Of a stretch of DNA of 64,000 bases, positions 1 to 10,211 are shown piece by piece. The notes under the pieces are model-generated. The model saw only the letters and a list, made by a program, of their open reading frames with translations, made no database searches and was not told the origin of the DNA. The DNA lies in the NCBI GenBank assembly GCA_965223335.1, contig OZ244991.1, positions 2,208,001 to 2,272,000 of the forward strand, read 5' to 3'. The position numbers were made by a program, and so were the translations under genes. Source of the DNA: Thermodesulfobacteriota bacterium. Its GTDB lineage: Bacteria; Desulfobacterota_D; UBA1144; Nemesobacterales; UBA2774. Each line of letters starts with the position of its first letter. Within the stretch, counting starts at the first letter, position 1.

Positions 1-3
1 CCT

Positions 4-378
4 GTGCCGTTTGCCGTGGCCGAGGAGCTAAAGAAAAAGATAGGTGTGCCCGATACGCCCACACAATACTACATGCAAAACAGCACATGGAGGTGTATGG
101 ACGGCAAGGTTTATGCATGTACCGTGGGTGCCAACCTGCCCTGTTCGGAACGCGCTGATATGAGTAAAGAGCCTAACGAGGGTATGCTCAACTACTGTGG
201 CGAGAACCCCGACGACGACCTTATCCCCATGTATGCCACAGGGCGTGCCACCGTGTACGAATGGAAGTGTAAAGAGGGCTCACCCGAGATCGTAAAGCAG
301 ATCGCCGAGGCAGACAAAGCCGGCTACCTAAAAGGCATTTGGTACGAGATCACACCCGTGGCTAAACCTGCTCGGTAG
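4..378 (+). CDS. Cys-rich hypothetical protein, 5'-truncated by the window edge
   Basis: ORF open from the window edge with several Cys (WRCMDGKVYAC..NLPC); no family recognised with confidence. Confidence 0.6.
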   Translation: MPFAVAEELKKKIGVPDTPTQYYMQNSTWRCMDGKVYACTVGANLPCSERADMSKEPNEGMLNYCGENPDDDLIPMYATGRATVYEWKCKEGSPEIVKQIAEADKAGYLKGIWYEITPVAKPAR

Positions 379-475
379 TTATTTGACAGTTTCCCTAAAA
401 CCTTGGAATTGGGAATTGTTAAAGTCTTTGTAGAGCCTTTACTGCTGTAGGATGTGGGGATCACTAGAGCCTGAA

Positions 476-1465
476 CTATTTTCTAGCGAGCACTCGATTT
501 ACGGCGTCTATAATTCCCGCGGAGCTAAGCCCGAATTTCTCCATGAGCTCGGTGGGAGTGCCAGACTCGCCAAAGCGGTCCATAACAGCGACGTACTCTT
601 GTGGCACCGGGCAATTGGCGGAAAGTAGCTCTGCCACTGCACTCCCAAGTCCCCCGTGGACCTGGTGCTCCTCTGCCGTAACTATAGCACCCGTCTCGGT
701 TGCAGCATCTAGTATGGTTTTTTCGTCGAGTGGTTTCACGGTGTGGCAGTTTACAACACCTATATCTACTCCTTTGCCTGCGAGTTTCTCGGATGCGATA
801 AGGGCCTCGTACACGAGTGAACCGCATGCGATCACCGTGGCGTCTATGCCCTGTGCGAGTGTTTGAGCCCGTCCTATCTCAAACGGAGTGTCGGGGGTGG
901 TGATCACGGGTACTTTCTCTCTGCCGAACCTCATATACACGGGTCCGTCTATCTCTGCGATTGCTTCGGTTGCCTTTTTGGTCTCCCAGTAGTCTGCTGG
1001 CACTATGACCGTCATGTTGGGCAGACACCTTGTGATGGCTATGTCTTCAAGGGCCTGGTGTGTGGCACCGTCGGGGCCGACAGATATACCGGCGTGTGCA
1101 CCCATGATCTTTACATTGGCCCCACTATAGGCAATGCTCACACGGATCTGGTCCCAGTTGCGACCGGGGCTAAACACCGCATAGGACGCGATGTAGGGTA
1201 CTTTACCGGAAAACGCCATGCCCGCTGCGATCCCGGCCATGTTTTGCTCGGCAATGCCCATTTCGACAAACCTCTCGGGGAACTGCTCCTTAAACCCGGC
1301 CGAGCGAGTGGACTCGGTTAAGTCGCAGCATAGCACAGCTACATTGTCGTTTTTCCGGCCGGCCTCGATAACACCGTCACCGTAGCCGTTACGCTGAGGT
1401 ATGAGCTCGGGGCCCACAAAGATATCAGTGGCCAGGTTAAGATCGGGGTTAAGTTCTTTACTCAT
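476..1465 (-). CDS. tkt: Transketolase, C-terminal (pyrimidine-binding) subunit
   Basis: GIAEQNM, GPDGATHQ and EEH..GGLGS motifs; overlaps the N-terminal subunit gene. Confidence 0.93.
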   Translation of the reverse strand: MSKELNPDLNLATDIFVGPELIPQRNGYGDGVIEAGRKNDNVAVLCCDLTESTRSAGFKEQFPERFVEMGIAEQNMAGIAAGMAFSGKVPYIASYAVFSPGRNWDQIRVSIAYSGANVKIMGAHAGISVGPDGATHQALEDIAITRCLPNMTVIVPADYWETKKATEAIAEIDGPVYMRFGREKVPVITTPDTPFEIGRAQTLAQGIDATVIACGSLVYEALIASEKLAGKGVDIGVVNCHTVKPLDEKTILDAATETGAIVTAEEHQVHGGLGSAVAELLSANCPVPQEYVAVMDRFGESGTPTELMEKFGLSSAGIIDAVNRVLARK

Positions 1466-2336
1466 GTTCGCATGTTATTTTGCCGCCGAGCGACCTAAGT
1501 GCCTCAAGCTCTTGAAGTGCCTTTTTGGCCTCTTCTTTATTGGGCGGCTTGCCGTGCCACTCGGGTTTAAACTCCATAAAGTCCACACCCTTGCCGGGGA
1601 CTGTGTGCGCAAGGATACAAGTCGGTTTCTCAAATATCGTCTGGGCTTCCTCAAACGCCTCGATAAGCCGGCGGATATCGTGCCCCCCGGTCTCGATCAG
1701 GTGGAAACCGAAAGAGCGGAGCTTGTCCGTAAGGGACTCAAGCGGCATCACATCCTCTGTAAAGCCGTCTATCTGGATGTTGTTTCTGTCTATGATAAGC
1801 GTGAAGTTGCGGAGCTTGTTTTTCCCCACGAACATTAGCGCCTCCCACACCTGCCCCTCGTCCATCTCGCCGTCGCCTACCATGCAGTAGATCCGGGTGT
1901 TTTTGCCGTCGATGCGGTCGGCTACTGCCATCCCCGCAGCTATGGATATGCCCTGTGCCAGGGGGCCTCCCGAGGCCTCGAGCCCGGGGAGTGTGCCGCG
2001 GTGGGGGTGGCCCTGGAGCCTGGACCCAAGCTTACGCAGAGTCATAAGCTCGCTGGTGGGGAAATAGCCTGCCTCGGCCAGTGTGGCGTAGAGCACGGGG
2101 CATATGTGAGCGTTACTTAGCACAAACCTGTCGCGCTCGGGCCAGTTGGGGTTCTGGGGGTCGTGTTTCATCACATGGAAATAAAGAGTGGTAAAGATGT
2201 CGGCTGTGCCGAGTGAGCCTGCTGAGTGGCCTGAGCCGGCTCGCAGGAGCATTTTGATAACGTCCTCGCGTATGTCGGTGGCCTTTTGTTCAAGCTCTTT
2301 TATTTCTCGGTCTGTGACAACCATGGCAGGTCTCAC
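1458..2336 (-). CDS. tkt: Transketolase, N-terminal (TPP-binding) subunit
   Basis: SGH..GSL, RDRFVLS, LQGHP and GDGE..EG TPP-binding motifs. Confidence 0.93.
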   Translation of the reverse strand: MRPAMVVTDREIKELEQKATDIREDVIKMLLRAGSGHSAGSLGTADIFTTLYFHVMKHDPQNPNWPERDRFVLSNAHICPVLYATLAEAGYFPTSELMTLRKLGSRLQGHPHRGTLPGLEASGGPLAQGISIAAGMAVADRIDGKNTRIYCMVGDGEMDEGQVWEALMFVGKNKLRNFTLIIDRNNIQIDGFTEDVMPLESLTDKLRSFGFHLIETGGHDIRRLIEAFEEAQTIFEKPTCILAHTVPGKGVDFMEFKPEWHGKPPNKEEAKKALQELEALRSLGGKITCEHE

Positions 2337-2464
2337 ACCTCCTCATTACCCCAGCCGACCCTACTATAAACAAAATGGACCCGATTTTCCAGGCCTAGAC
2401 ACATAGGCCAGCCATGGGTTTGTCATGCAAGGGGAATTAATTGAGTGATAACTGGTAGTTAGAG

Positions 2465-2842
2465 TCAGTGGTTCAGCAGCGGCTCCCAGAGCTCTACTTT
2501 GTTGCCCTCGGGGTCGATGAACCAGCCGAACCTGCCGTAATCGTGGTCCTCGATGGAGTCGATCACATCGGCCCCACCCTCTTTTACCTGGGCCAGTGCA
2601 CCCTCGAGGTCGTCCACAACGATGTTTATCATAAAGGGTTTTGTGGAGGGTTGGAAATAATTCGAGTCCATTTTAAACGGGCCCCAAATCGTGTAACTAC
2701 CCACGGGCATATCGTTGGGATTAAAGATCGATACATGCCCCGCATCTAGCTTAAACCCAAGCCACTTCTCGTACCAAAGGGCCAAAGAATCGGCGTTCTC
2801 GCAAGTAAAAAATATTCCTCCCAGGCCTAAAGCTTTAGCCAT
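2465..2842 (-). CDS. VOC/glyoxalase family protein
   Basis: GLGGIFF..WY..WLG and YGRFGWFIDPEGNKVELWEP motifs. Confidence 0.88.
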   Translation of the reverse strand: MAKALGLGGIFFTCENADSLALWYEKWLGFKLDAGHVSIFNPNDMPVGSYTIWGPFKMDSNYFQPSTKPFMINIVVDDLEGALAQVKEGGADVIDSIEDHDYGRFGWFIDPEGNKVELWEPLLNH

Positions 2843-3157
2843 AATCCTCTCCTCTAAGAATTAGATCCACATACTTGATCCTCCATCTATATGGATTTGC
2901 TTTTTTACCTGATACGATCAGTCTGTATGGGTGTAAGAGCGGGGATGATATATTAAGAGCTGGGTAATATCGTATCTATACAACCGTAATCATTGTAAAA
3001 TCTTTACACTAATACGTGCTCGGGTTTGCACTGCTTAATAAACGGAAACTATGTTAACTGCCCGAGTTTATGCTTAATATATATATAACAAATATGGAGT
3101 TATTACAAGTGATGGGGTGTAGAACCGGTGGGTTAACTAGCAGGGATATGCAATAAC

Positions 3158-3445
3158 CTAGAATATATGGTGGACCTTTTCTTTGAACCAGAGGTCTAGG
3201 AACTTCATATAGCCGTGTTTGATCATCCAGCAGTTTAGGTTAAGCGGTTTGTCGTCGTCGTTGGTCATCACAAGGCAATAGCCGTTTTTACTGCACCAGT
3301 GAATACAGTCCTTAAGGCATGTGTAGTCGTTTTTTTCGCTGCCGTCGAGTGCGCATACCTCTTTGTCGAGCACCTTTTTGTTTATATGCCCCAGGTATAT
3401 GCGGTTGGATTTGCTTGTGTCTTCGCTGACTGCTGTCTTAATCAT
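3158..3445 (-). CDS. Hypothetical 95-aa protein, paralog of 3686..3970
   Basis: AAAGGA RBS; aligns end to end with its neighbour (IY.G.I, Y.CLK, LVMT.D, L.CWMIK). Confidence 0.75.
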   Translation of the reverse strand: MIKTAVSEDTSKSNRIYLGHINKKVLDKEVCALDGSEKNDYTCLKDCIHWCSKNGYCLVMTNDDDKPLNLNCWMIKHGYMKFLDLWFKEKVHHIF

Positions 3446-3685
3446 TTGGTTTTTCCTTTTGATGTTTGCCTAAATTTTATACCTAAAATCCTTGTATACA
3501 AGCCCTAGCATAAAAGAAATTGAAATTCTATGTCAAAATGGAGTTTTTGCAAATTTATTTAAATATATGGGGGTGAATAGGTCTATAATATCGGTTTTTT
3601 AATTCGGTTCAGCGCCCTATATATTACTTTAACTGTATCGTCTATTTATCCTTAAATATTGATTTGTAAGAGGTTTTGCGCTTAT

Positions 3686-3970
3686 TTAGAATACTTGGTA
3701 GATGGTCTGTTTGAAGATTGGGTTTAATTTGTCCATGGACGAGTCTTTAATCATCCAACAGTCAAGCTGATCACTGTCTTTTGTCATGACCAGGTTGAAC
3801 CCATGCTCTTGGCCCCAGATCATCTGCTCTTTTAAGCAGCTGTAGAGCTCTTGCTCTTGGTCGCTTAGATCGTCCATCGGCAGGTCAAGCGTGTCGCGCT
3901 CGATTTGGCCGATATAGATGCTTAGCGCCTCTTTACTTACAGTATCCCCTATATTGTGTGTAGATAACAT
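3686..3970 (-). CDS. Hypothetical 94-aa protein, paralog of 3158..3445
   Basis: Same motifs as neighbour; own TTGACA-16-TATATT promoter (-35 at 4038-4043). Confidence 0.75.
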   Translation of the reverse strand: MLSTHNIGDTVSKEALSIYIGQIERDTLDLPMDDLSDQEQELYSCLKEQMIWGQEHGFNLVMTKDSDQLDCWMIKDSSMDKLNPIFKQTIYQVF

Positions 3971-4043
3971 ATTGTATCACCCCTTCCGTAGATGGAAAAT
4001 TTCTAAATCCCACATAATATAAGTACTATTTCTGCCATGTCAA

Positions 4044-4470
4044 GGGGGCCTGGAGGCCCCATTCAGAAGGGAGTCCCGAAACTATAGCGCCAATGGGGAC
4101 CGCTAGTGAGCGGTTTTTGCGAATGGCAGGCAGGGAGATAATAAATTGGGAACGCTGGGGGCAGTTTCGTTATTGCACGATACAAATTATGTTCCTGCAC
4201 ATGTAATGTGCTACTTTTGCTTGACCAAAAGAGGGTCACGGACCCCGTTTTTAGGGAGTACCATTACGTAAGCGCCAATGGGGACCGCAAGTTGGGGGCC
4301 GAGAGGGAGTAGTAGTATCACGACCGTAGGAAGGAATAATAGATTGGGGTCGAGGGAGGTCGAGTGAGCGGCAGGCGGGGATAAGATGGGGTCGAGGTGG
4401 GGGTATGGGTCTAGCGACCTGGGCATATCAAAAAATTGATGGGTTTGTAATGAATGCACACTTAGTGTGC
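4044..4470 (+). repeat. Mosaic structured intergenic repeat, locus R1 (hairpins, two GA modules, truncated pseudoknot head)
   Basis: 4276-4375 matches 16567-16666 at 99/100 nt; GCTACTTTTGCTTGACCAAAAG at 4210; GCAC..GTGC hairpins. Confidence 0.9.
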
Positions 4471-4481
4471 CCCTATACCCC

Positions 4482-5519
4482 CTACTTCACGTAAGGCATA
4501 ACTTCGTCTGCAAATAGGCGCATTGAGCGCATGGCTTCTTTATGATCCAGTCCCGGGAAATTAAACCTGCACACAAGCGGGTCCATGGGGATTGCCTCTT
4601 TGTATTGGTTTATAGTCTCTATGCACTCCTCGGGGCTCCCGATGATGGACTGCTCAAGAGTTATATCATAGATGCTCGGGTCGTTGGGGTCAGAGATCAG
4701 GTTTCCCTCCCTGTCCACGAACGAGCCCCACTGGGCATAGCCCTTGGCTGTATAGGCAATGTGCTCCTTTATACGCTCCCACGATTTCTCGCGGCCGTCG
4801 GGCGATACATAGACCTCGCGCACAACGGGCTGTTCCACCGAGTCGGGGTCGTGCCCATAGTCGGCCAAAAACCCTCGGTGCATATCTATCAGATACTTAA
4901 TAATCGGTATGATTCCAATCGCGGCTATATAAAGCGGGGCCTTTATGCGTGCGGCCCTCTTTATTGCAGGCTCGGAGAATGCGCCTATCCATATGGGTAT
5001 GGGGTTTTGCACCGGCTTTGGAGTAACGTTAATGTTGTCGTAGTTATAGTAGCGTCCATTGTGCGAGAACTCGCCCTCGGCCCAGCATTTTTTGAGTATC
5101 TCGAGACTCTCCTCTATGCGCCCTTTGCGCTCGCTAAGCGATACCTTAAAGGCCTCGAACTCCTCGGGCCTGTACCCGAGCCCAAGCCCCAGTATGAGAC
5201 GGCCGTTTGAGATCAGGTCCACTGTGGCTGCGTCTTCGGCGGTCTTAAGCGGGTTGTGAAGCGGCATAAGGTAGATACCTGTGCCTATGCGCATCTTCTT
5301 TGTTCTCGCGGCCATGGCTGCGGCTGTTACAAGGAGCGAGGGGCAGTAGCCGTCCTCAAGCAGGTGGTGCTCGGTGAGCCATGCGGACTCAAATCCCATG
5401 TCCTCGGCGGCGGTTATCTCTTCGAGCATCTCTGCATATAGCTGGCTGTGGGGTTTGGGGTTGTGTGTGGGGGACTGAAGACTGTAGTATCCTATTCCGA
5501 ATTTCATCTGTATCTCCAT
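4482..5519 (-). CDS. LLM class flavin-dependent oxidoreductase (luciferase-like)
   Basis: GFESAWLTEHH, AEDAATVDLISNGRLILGLGLGYR and PKPVQ motifs. Confidence 0.92.
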   Translation of the reverse strand: MEIQMKFGIGYYSLQSPTHNPKPHSQLYAEMLEEITAAEDMGFESAWLTEHHLLEDGYCPSLLVTAAAMAARTKKMRIGTGIYLMPLHNPLKTAEDAATVDLISNGRLILGLGLGYRPEEFEAFKVSLSERKGRIEESLEILKKCWAEGEFSHNGRYYNYDNINVTPKPVQNPIPIWIGAFSEPAIKRAARIKAPLYIAAIGIIPIIKYLIDMHRGFLADYGHDPDSVEQPVVREVYVSPDGREKSWERIKEHIAYTAKGYAQWGSFVDREGNLISDPNDPSIYDITLEQSIIGSPEECIETINQYKEAIPMDPLVCRFNFPGLDHKEAMRSMRLFADEVMPYVK

Positions 5520-5665
5520 CCTCTATTTAGATTTAAGGTGCAAGACCAACCGAAGTGCGTATGGTGAGCCCGCAGTGCTATTGTAACGAATTTAGGATTT
5601 ATCGCAACATTGATTAATTAAGTATTTATGAGCTAGGCTTGTGCTCGTGTGTAGCGGCTCTACAC

Positions 5666-5989
5666 CTAGCAGGGGTCGCTTTTTTGGCAGGCCTCTACAC
5701 AGTTGGCATAGCTTCCTAGGTCGCGGCAGCACTGGGCACCTGTGTCGGTGTTAAGGCAGCAGCACTCGGTGTCGGTGCAGGTCTGGTCACCGCAGTTACC
5801 CTTGGCATCGGTTGAAACGAGTATCACATCCGATTGAAAAAAGTCTTGGTCTGTGCTCGTAGCCTCGACTTGGGATTTGTTGCAGGACTTATTTGCGTGG
5901 GCGGCCTCGGGGCTAATATAAATAGCTCCCAGAGCCAATAGGGCTAGAATTAGTAAAGCGCTTACTACTTTAGTGGATTTAAGTGTCAT
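5666..5989 (-). CDS. Small secreted Cys-rich protein
   Basis: GGAGG RBS, signal peptide (AHA), 11 Cys of which 10 lie in the last ~42 aa. Confidence 0.75.
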   Translation of the reverse strand: MTLKSTKVVSALLILALLALGAIYISPEAAHANKSCNKSQVEATSTDQDFFQSDVILVSTDAKGNCGDQTCTDTECCCLNTDTGAQCCRDLGSYANCVEACQKSDPC

Positions 5990-6084
5990 GAGCGTGTTCC
6001 CTCCAATTAGGAGTCTAAAGGATAATTGTTGGAAATCAATTGTTAATTAACTAGACCATGAAACGGATCGAATGTTTGATAGTG

Positions 6085-6645
6085 TCAACCTAAAATTTCA
6101 TCGACTGAATAGGTAATAGACCCATCGAGTGGAAGCTGCACGGAATCACCCCGCCCAGCAGTTATTGACTGAGTGTAATTGTTGTTGGAAGGTTGTTTAT
6201 AGATTTCGATTGCTTCATCTAAAAGATTTACAATCCAAAACTCAGGTATGCGGGCTCTGGCGTATAGGGGCAGTTTAATTTCTCTGTCGTAGCCTAGCGA
6301 GCTATCGCTTACCTCTATGACTAGGTAGATATCGTCAGGGGTGGGATGGTGGTCCGAGTAGAAATTATCTTTAGGTGCGAGTAGTGCAATGTCGGGTTCG
6401 GGTTCCGACCGATCGCCGAGACGTATGGGGCTTTGCACACTCACAAGCGCACTCTGCCCGATTGTTTTACTAATTAGAGCGTTTAACCTCATCACGCACG
6501 CCGAGTGTCGGCTGCTAATTGCATGCATCTCTATTATCTCTCCTTCTATAAGCTCTACACGGTCGTTTTCCGAGAGTATGCCCGTTTCAGCCATACGATA
6601 ATATTCCTCGACATTAAACTGACGTTTTGCTATTTGTAGTGCCAT
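6085..6645 (-). CDS. Uma2 family (PD-(D/E)XK) endonuclease
   Basis: RVELIEGEI, EPEPD, LVIEVSDSS..YDR..KLPLYA motifs. Confidence 0.92.
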   Translation of the reverse strand: MALQIAKRQFNVEEYYRMAETGILSENDRVELIEGEIIEMHAISSRHSACVMRLNALISKTIGQSALVSVQSPIRLGDRSEPEPDIALLAPKDNFYSDHHPTPDDIYLVIEVSDSSLGYDREIKLPLYARARIPEFWIVNLLDEAIEIYKQPSNNNYTQSITAGRGDSVQLPLDGSITYSVDEILG

Positions 6646-6711
6646 ATTATGTGCCCAAAAAGTACATTTTGTTAATATATATAGGATATAACAAATGAGG
6701 TTAAATTGCTA

Positions 6712-7821
6712 TCAATTAAATACCTGTACTTCGTTGTATAGGGCGTCTCGCTCCACAGGGACAAAACCGGCGTTTTTGATCATGTTGACCATGAAGTCGC
6801 GTGTGTGTCCGAGCTCGGACGGTGCACCGGCGTCGTGGATGATCTTCTCGCGCATTATGGTGCCGTCGGCGTCGCTGCAACCATAGTGAAGCGCGATCTG
6901 GGCCATCTTTTCCCCAAGCGTGATCCAGTAGGATTTTATATGAGGGAAGTTGTCGAGATAGAGCCTGGCGAGTGCGTGTATTTTTAAATCATATGAGCCT
7001 GGGAAGAATTTTACTTGTTTTTTGAGCCCTGTGTTCTCGGGTTGGAACAATACGGGGATGAACGCAAAGAACCCGGGGGATTCGTCCTCAATGTTACGGA
7101 GCCGCTCGTAGTGGTCGACTATGTGGTGGGGCTCCTCGATATGCCCGTAGAGAACTGTGGCGTTTGTGGGTATGCCCATGCTGTGGGCCAGTTTGTGAAT
7201 CTCTTCCCAGCGGGTGGCTACGGTCTTTGGGGCGCATATCTTTTTGCGCACGTCTGGGTGGAGTATCTCGGCCCCCCCGCCCGTAAGGGCATCGACTCCT
7301 GTTTCCTTTAGTGTCTCGAGCACGCCTTCGAGTGATTTGCCGCTTATCTCTGTGAACCAGTCGATCTCGACCGCTGTAAATGCTTTTACGTGGGTCTCGG
7401 GGAAGTTGTCTTTTACGAGTTTTACAATGTCCAGGTAGTGCTGGAAGTCCCAGTCGGGGTGAAGCCCGCCCACAATGTGTACCTCGCGTATCTCGTCGTT
7501 TAGCATCCCGAGTATCTGGTCCTCGGAGAGCTCGTAGGCGTTAGCCGATTTCTTTGTGGTCCCGAAAGCACAGAACCTACACGATATCGCACATATATTA
7601 GAGGGGTTAACGTGGCGGTTAACCACAAAATAGACCTTGTCCCCCGCCCTTTGGCGCTTTACATAGTCGGCCAGCATGCCCACCGTGTTTAGGTCCTCGG
7701 TGCCCATTATCGTAAGGCCGTCCTCAAAGCTAAGGCGCTTTTGGTCGGCGACTTTTTGGATTATCGGAAATAACTTTTTGTCGTAACAAAGCTTCTCTAC
7801 AGTGTCTAATACGTTTGCCAT
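6712..7821 (-). CDS. mqnE: Aminofutalosine synthase (radical SAM)
   Basis: CxxxCxxC (CAISCRFC), GGGAEI, ARLYLDNFPHIKSYW; futalosine cluster; start moved to MANVLD. Confidence 0.88.
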   Translation of the reverse strand: MANVLDTVEKLCYDKKLFPIIQKVADQKRLSFEDGLTIMGTEDLNTVGMLADYVKRQRAGDKVYFVVNRHVNPSNICAISCRFCAFGTTKKSANAYELSEDQILGMLNDEIREVHIVGGLHPDWDFQHYLDIVKLVKDNFPETHVKAFTAVEIDWFTEISGKSLEGVLETLKETGVDALTGGGAEILHPDVRKKICAPKTVATRWEEIHKLAHSMGIPTNATVLYGHIEEPHHIVDHYERLRNIEDESPGFFAFIPVLFQPENTGLKKQVKFFPGSYDLKIHALARLYLDNFPHIKSYWITLGEKMAQIALHYGCSDADGTIMREKIIHDAGAPSELGHTRDFMVNMIKNAGFVPVERDALYNEVQVFN

Positions 7822-9572
7822 TTTTTGTCTACCAGCTCCCCAATATCCCGCGACATCTCTATCACCTTGGGATACCATTCTTTAATTGTGGCATCTATAC
7901 CCATGCGGCCTTCATACACCACGGCCGAGCCCCTTAGCTCGGTGCGCTCAAAGATTACATCAAGATAGGGATCAAATCTAGTAAATATACCCCATATACA
8001 TTCTGTATTGTCATGTATATCTATATCTTTGCTTACCACGGCTATTATTCTAAGTGCCTCGTAGCCCCGGGTCTTGAACATTTTTTGGATAAGCCCCTTG
8101 GGGTCCTTGTCGGATTTAAGCACCAGTATTCCACCTGCTAAGAGGCGCCAGTCCTCTACTTCTTTGTGCTTTGCTCTCGGGTCAGGGACGGTTTTAGGTA
8201 TGGGTATTTGCTTTCTGCCGTTACGGGGTTTGCGTACGGCGTTTATACCCATCTTGCTGCCCACGTTAAGCTTGCCGCTTGTGAAATCGAGTGTGTCGAG
8301 TGGAGCCCAGGGGATAAGCAGGAAATCCTCGCGCGGGTCAAAATTCTCGCCGATCTCTGTTAGCACTGCGTCAAAGTCGCGGGGGTCTACATCGCTTGAG
8401 ACCATGATCATCACCTTGGTAAGCAGGAGCTGTCCCGTGCCCCAAAGTGCGAGCATGGCTTTGATACCGTTTTTGGGGTAGCGCTCGTCTACCGCCACGG
8501 CCAAGAGGTTATGGAACCCGGCCTCGGGATAGGCCCACATGTCCTTTACCTCGGGGTGGATTATGCGTGTGAGGGGCGAGAACATATCGCCCGCTGCCAT
8601 ACCCAAAAACACATCTTCTTTGGGCGGTTTGCCTACAATGGTGGCTGGATATATGGGGTTTACCCTGTGTGTGACACGGCTTAGGTTAAACACGGGGAAG
8701 TCGGCCTCCATGGAGTAGTGGCCGAAATGGTCACCGAACGGCCCCTCTTCCCTGAGCACTCCCTTGGGGACCCTGCCCTCAAGAACAAACTCGGCGTTAC
8801 CGGGCACACGGACCCCGATGCTGCGCCCCTTTACCATCTCTATGGGTTTTCCCCTTAGATAACCCGCAAAGGCGATCTCGTCCATGCCTTCGGGCAGTGG
8901 TGCTATGGCGGTGAATATCATCTTGGGGTCGCCGCCCAATACTACGGCTGCATCGAGACCGTCTTGTGTCTTGCAGGCCTCGTGGTAGTGGGCCGCCCCA
9001 CCCTTGTGCGGGTGCCAATGCATCCCTGTGGTCTTGTCGTCATAGACCTGCAGTCGGTAAATGCCCATGTTACGCCGGGAAGTCACGGGGTCCTCTGTAA
9101 GCACTAGCCCAAGCGTGATAAAACGTCCCCCGTCGTCGGGCCAGCATTTTATCACCGGCAGTTTACGGAGGTCGGGGTTCTCCTCTACCTGCTGGGACAC
9201 GCCGTATTTAGCATTCTTGGTACGCATCGAAAGCATGCCGCGTGCCTTGGGAAGTACTGAAAAGAGCGATTTTAGTGTCGGGGGATTAACCTTATGGAAC
9301 AGTTCTACGAGTTCCTCGCCCACCTCGCGAGGCTTTCTGCCCAGTGCCAGCTCTACCCTTTCCTCTGTGCCGAACAGGTTTATGGCCAGTGGGTACGCAG
9401 CACCTTTAACGTTTTCGAATATTAGTGCCGGGCCTCTCTCTTTTATCACCCTGTCCGAGATCTCGGTGATCTCAAGTATGGGATCGACCTCGGTCTTGAT
9501 ACGCCGGAGGTCACCTATGGCCTCTAGGTATGCTATATAATCTTGGAGGTCGTTGAACTGTTTCTTTTTCAT
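7806..9572 (-). CDS. ubiD: UbiD-family menaquinone biosynthesis decarboxylase (MqnL-type)
   Basis: EGPFGDH motif, NMGIYRLQ, extended C-terminus. Confidence 0.92.
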   Translation of the reverse strand: MKKKQFNDLQDYIAYLEAIGDLRRIKTEVDPILEITEISDRVIKERGPALIFENVKGAAYPLAINLFGTEERVELALGRKPREVGEELVELFHKVNPPTLKSLFSVLPKARGMLSMRTKNAKYGVSQQVEENPDLRKLPVIKCWPDDGGRFITLGLVLTEDPVTSRRNMGIYRLQVYDDKTTGMHWHPHKGGAAHYHEACKTQDGLDAAVVLGGDPKMIFTAIAPLPEGMDEIAFAGYLRGKPIEMVKGRSIGVRVPGNAEFVLEGRVPKGVLREEGPFGDHFGHYSMEADFPVFNLSRVTHRVNPIYPATIVGKPPKEDVFLGMAAGDMFSPLTRIIHPEVKDMWAYPEAGFHNLLAVAVDERYPKNGIKAMLALWGTGQLLLTKVMIMVSSDVDPRDFDAVLTEIGENFDPREDFLLIPWAPLDTLDFTSGKLNVGSKMGINAVRKPRNGRKQIPIPKTVPDPRAKHKEVEDWRLLAGGILVLKSDKDPKGLIQKMFKTRGYEALRIIAVVSKDIDIHDNTECIWGIFTRFDPYLDVIFERTELRGSAVVYEGRMGIDATIKEWYPKVIEMSRDIGELVDKKWQTY

Positions 9573-9657
9573 ATTATAAATAGTGTCATGTAAGGTGGTT
9601 GCAAGTAATAGTTAATGTTGTTTGTAGGGCAAGGTCTTAGATGGTTGACTCTGTGGA

Positions 9658-10209
9658 TTACTCGAGTTCGTCGTAGCGCCAGCCCGATCCGGTCTCTATG
9701 CCGATTATATTTAGGAGTTTGTCCACGTAGCCGCCCACCAGTTCCGATACCGATTCGGCCCCCATGTAGTGCGGGGGGCTTATGGGCATGATTACGGCCC
9801 CTTCGCGCGACAGTTTTAGGGCATTTTCGAGTGCTATGGAGCTAAGCGGGGTCTCTCTGAGTGCTATGACCAGCTTCCGGCGCTCTTTTAGCGCCACCTG
9901 GGCAATACGTGTTATTAATGTATCGGCGATGCCGTTTGCGATCTTTGCCAGAGTGGATATGGAGCACGGTACGATTACAAGCGCATCGAAGTGATTAGAG
10001 CCCGAGGAGAACGGTGCGCCCAGGTCGTTGTCGTTATAGATCTCGTTTACCCAGGGTTTTAGCTCCTCTACCTTAAGCCCAAGCTCCTCGTGCAGAACCC
10101 TTTTGCCCCATTTGCTGGCTATAAGGTATTTGTCGTCGGGACAGCGTCTTAGGAAATCCACCCCGTATGCTGCGCCCGATGCACCTGTAAAACCCACAAT
10201 TGTTCGCAT
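9658..10209 (-). CDS. ubiX: Flavin prenyltransferase
   Basis: TGASGA, SSGS, PCS..TLAKIA and RETPL motifs. Confidence 0.93.
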   Translation of the reverse strand: MRTIVGFTGASGAAYGVDFLRRCPDDKYLIASKWGKRVLHEELGLKVEELKPWVNEIYNDNDLGAPFSSGSNHFDALVIVPCSISTLAKIANGIADTLITRIAQVALKERRKLVIALRETPLSSIALENALKLSREGAVIMPISPPHYMGAESVSELVGGYVDKLLNIIGIETGSGWRYDELE

Positions 10210-10211
10210 GA

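Noticed and set aside
4211..4459. ORF-track ORFs overlapping repeat loci (also 16476, 16953, 19602/19627, 20782, 32722-33194, 40478, 42773)
   Set aside because: Translations of repeat DNA; frames and strands are not conserved between copies and there are no RBSs
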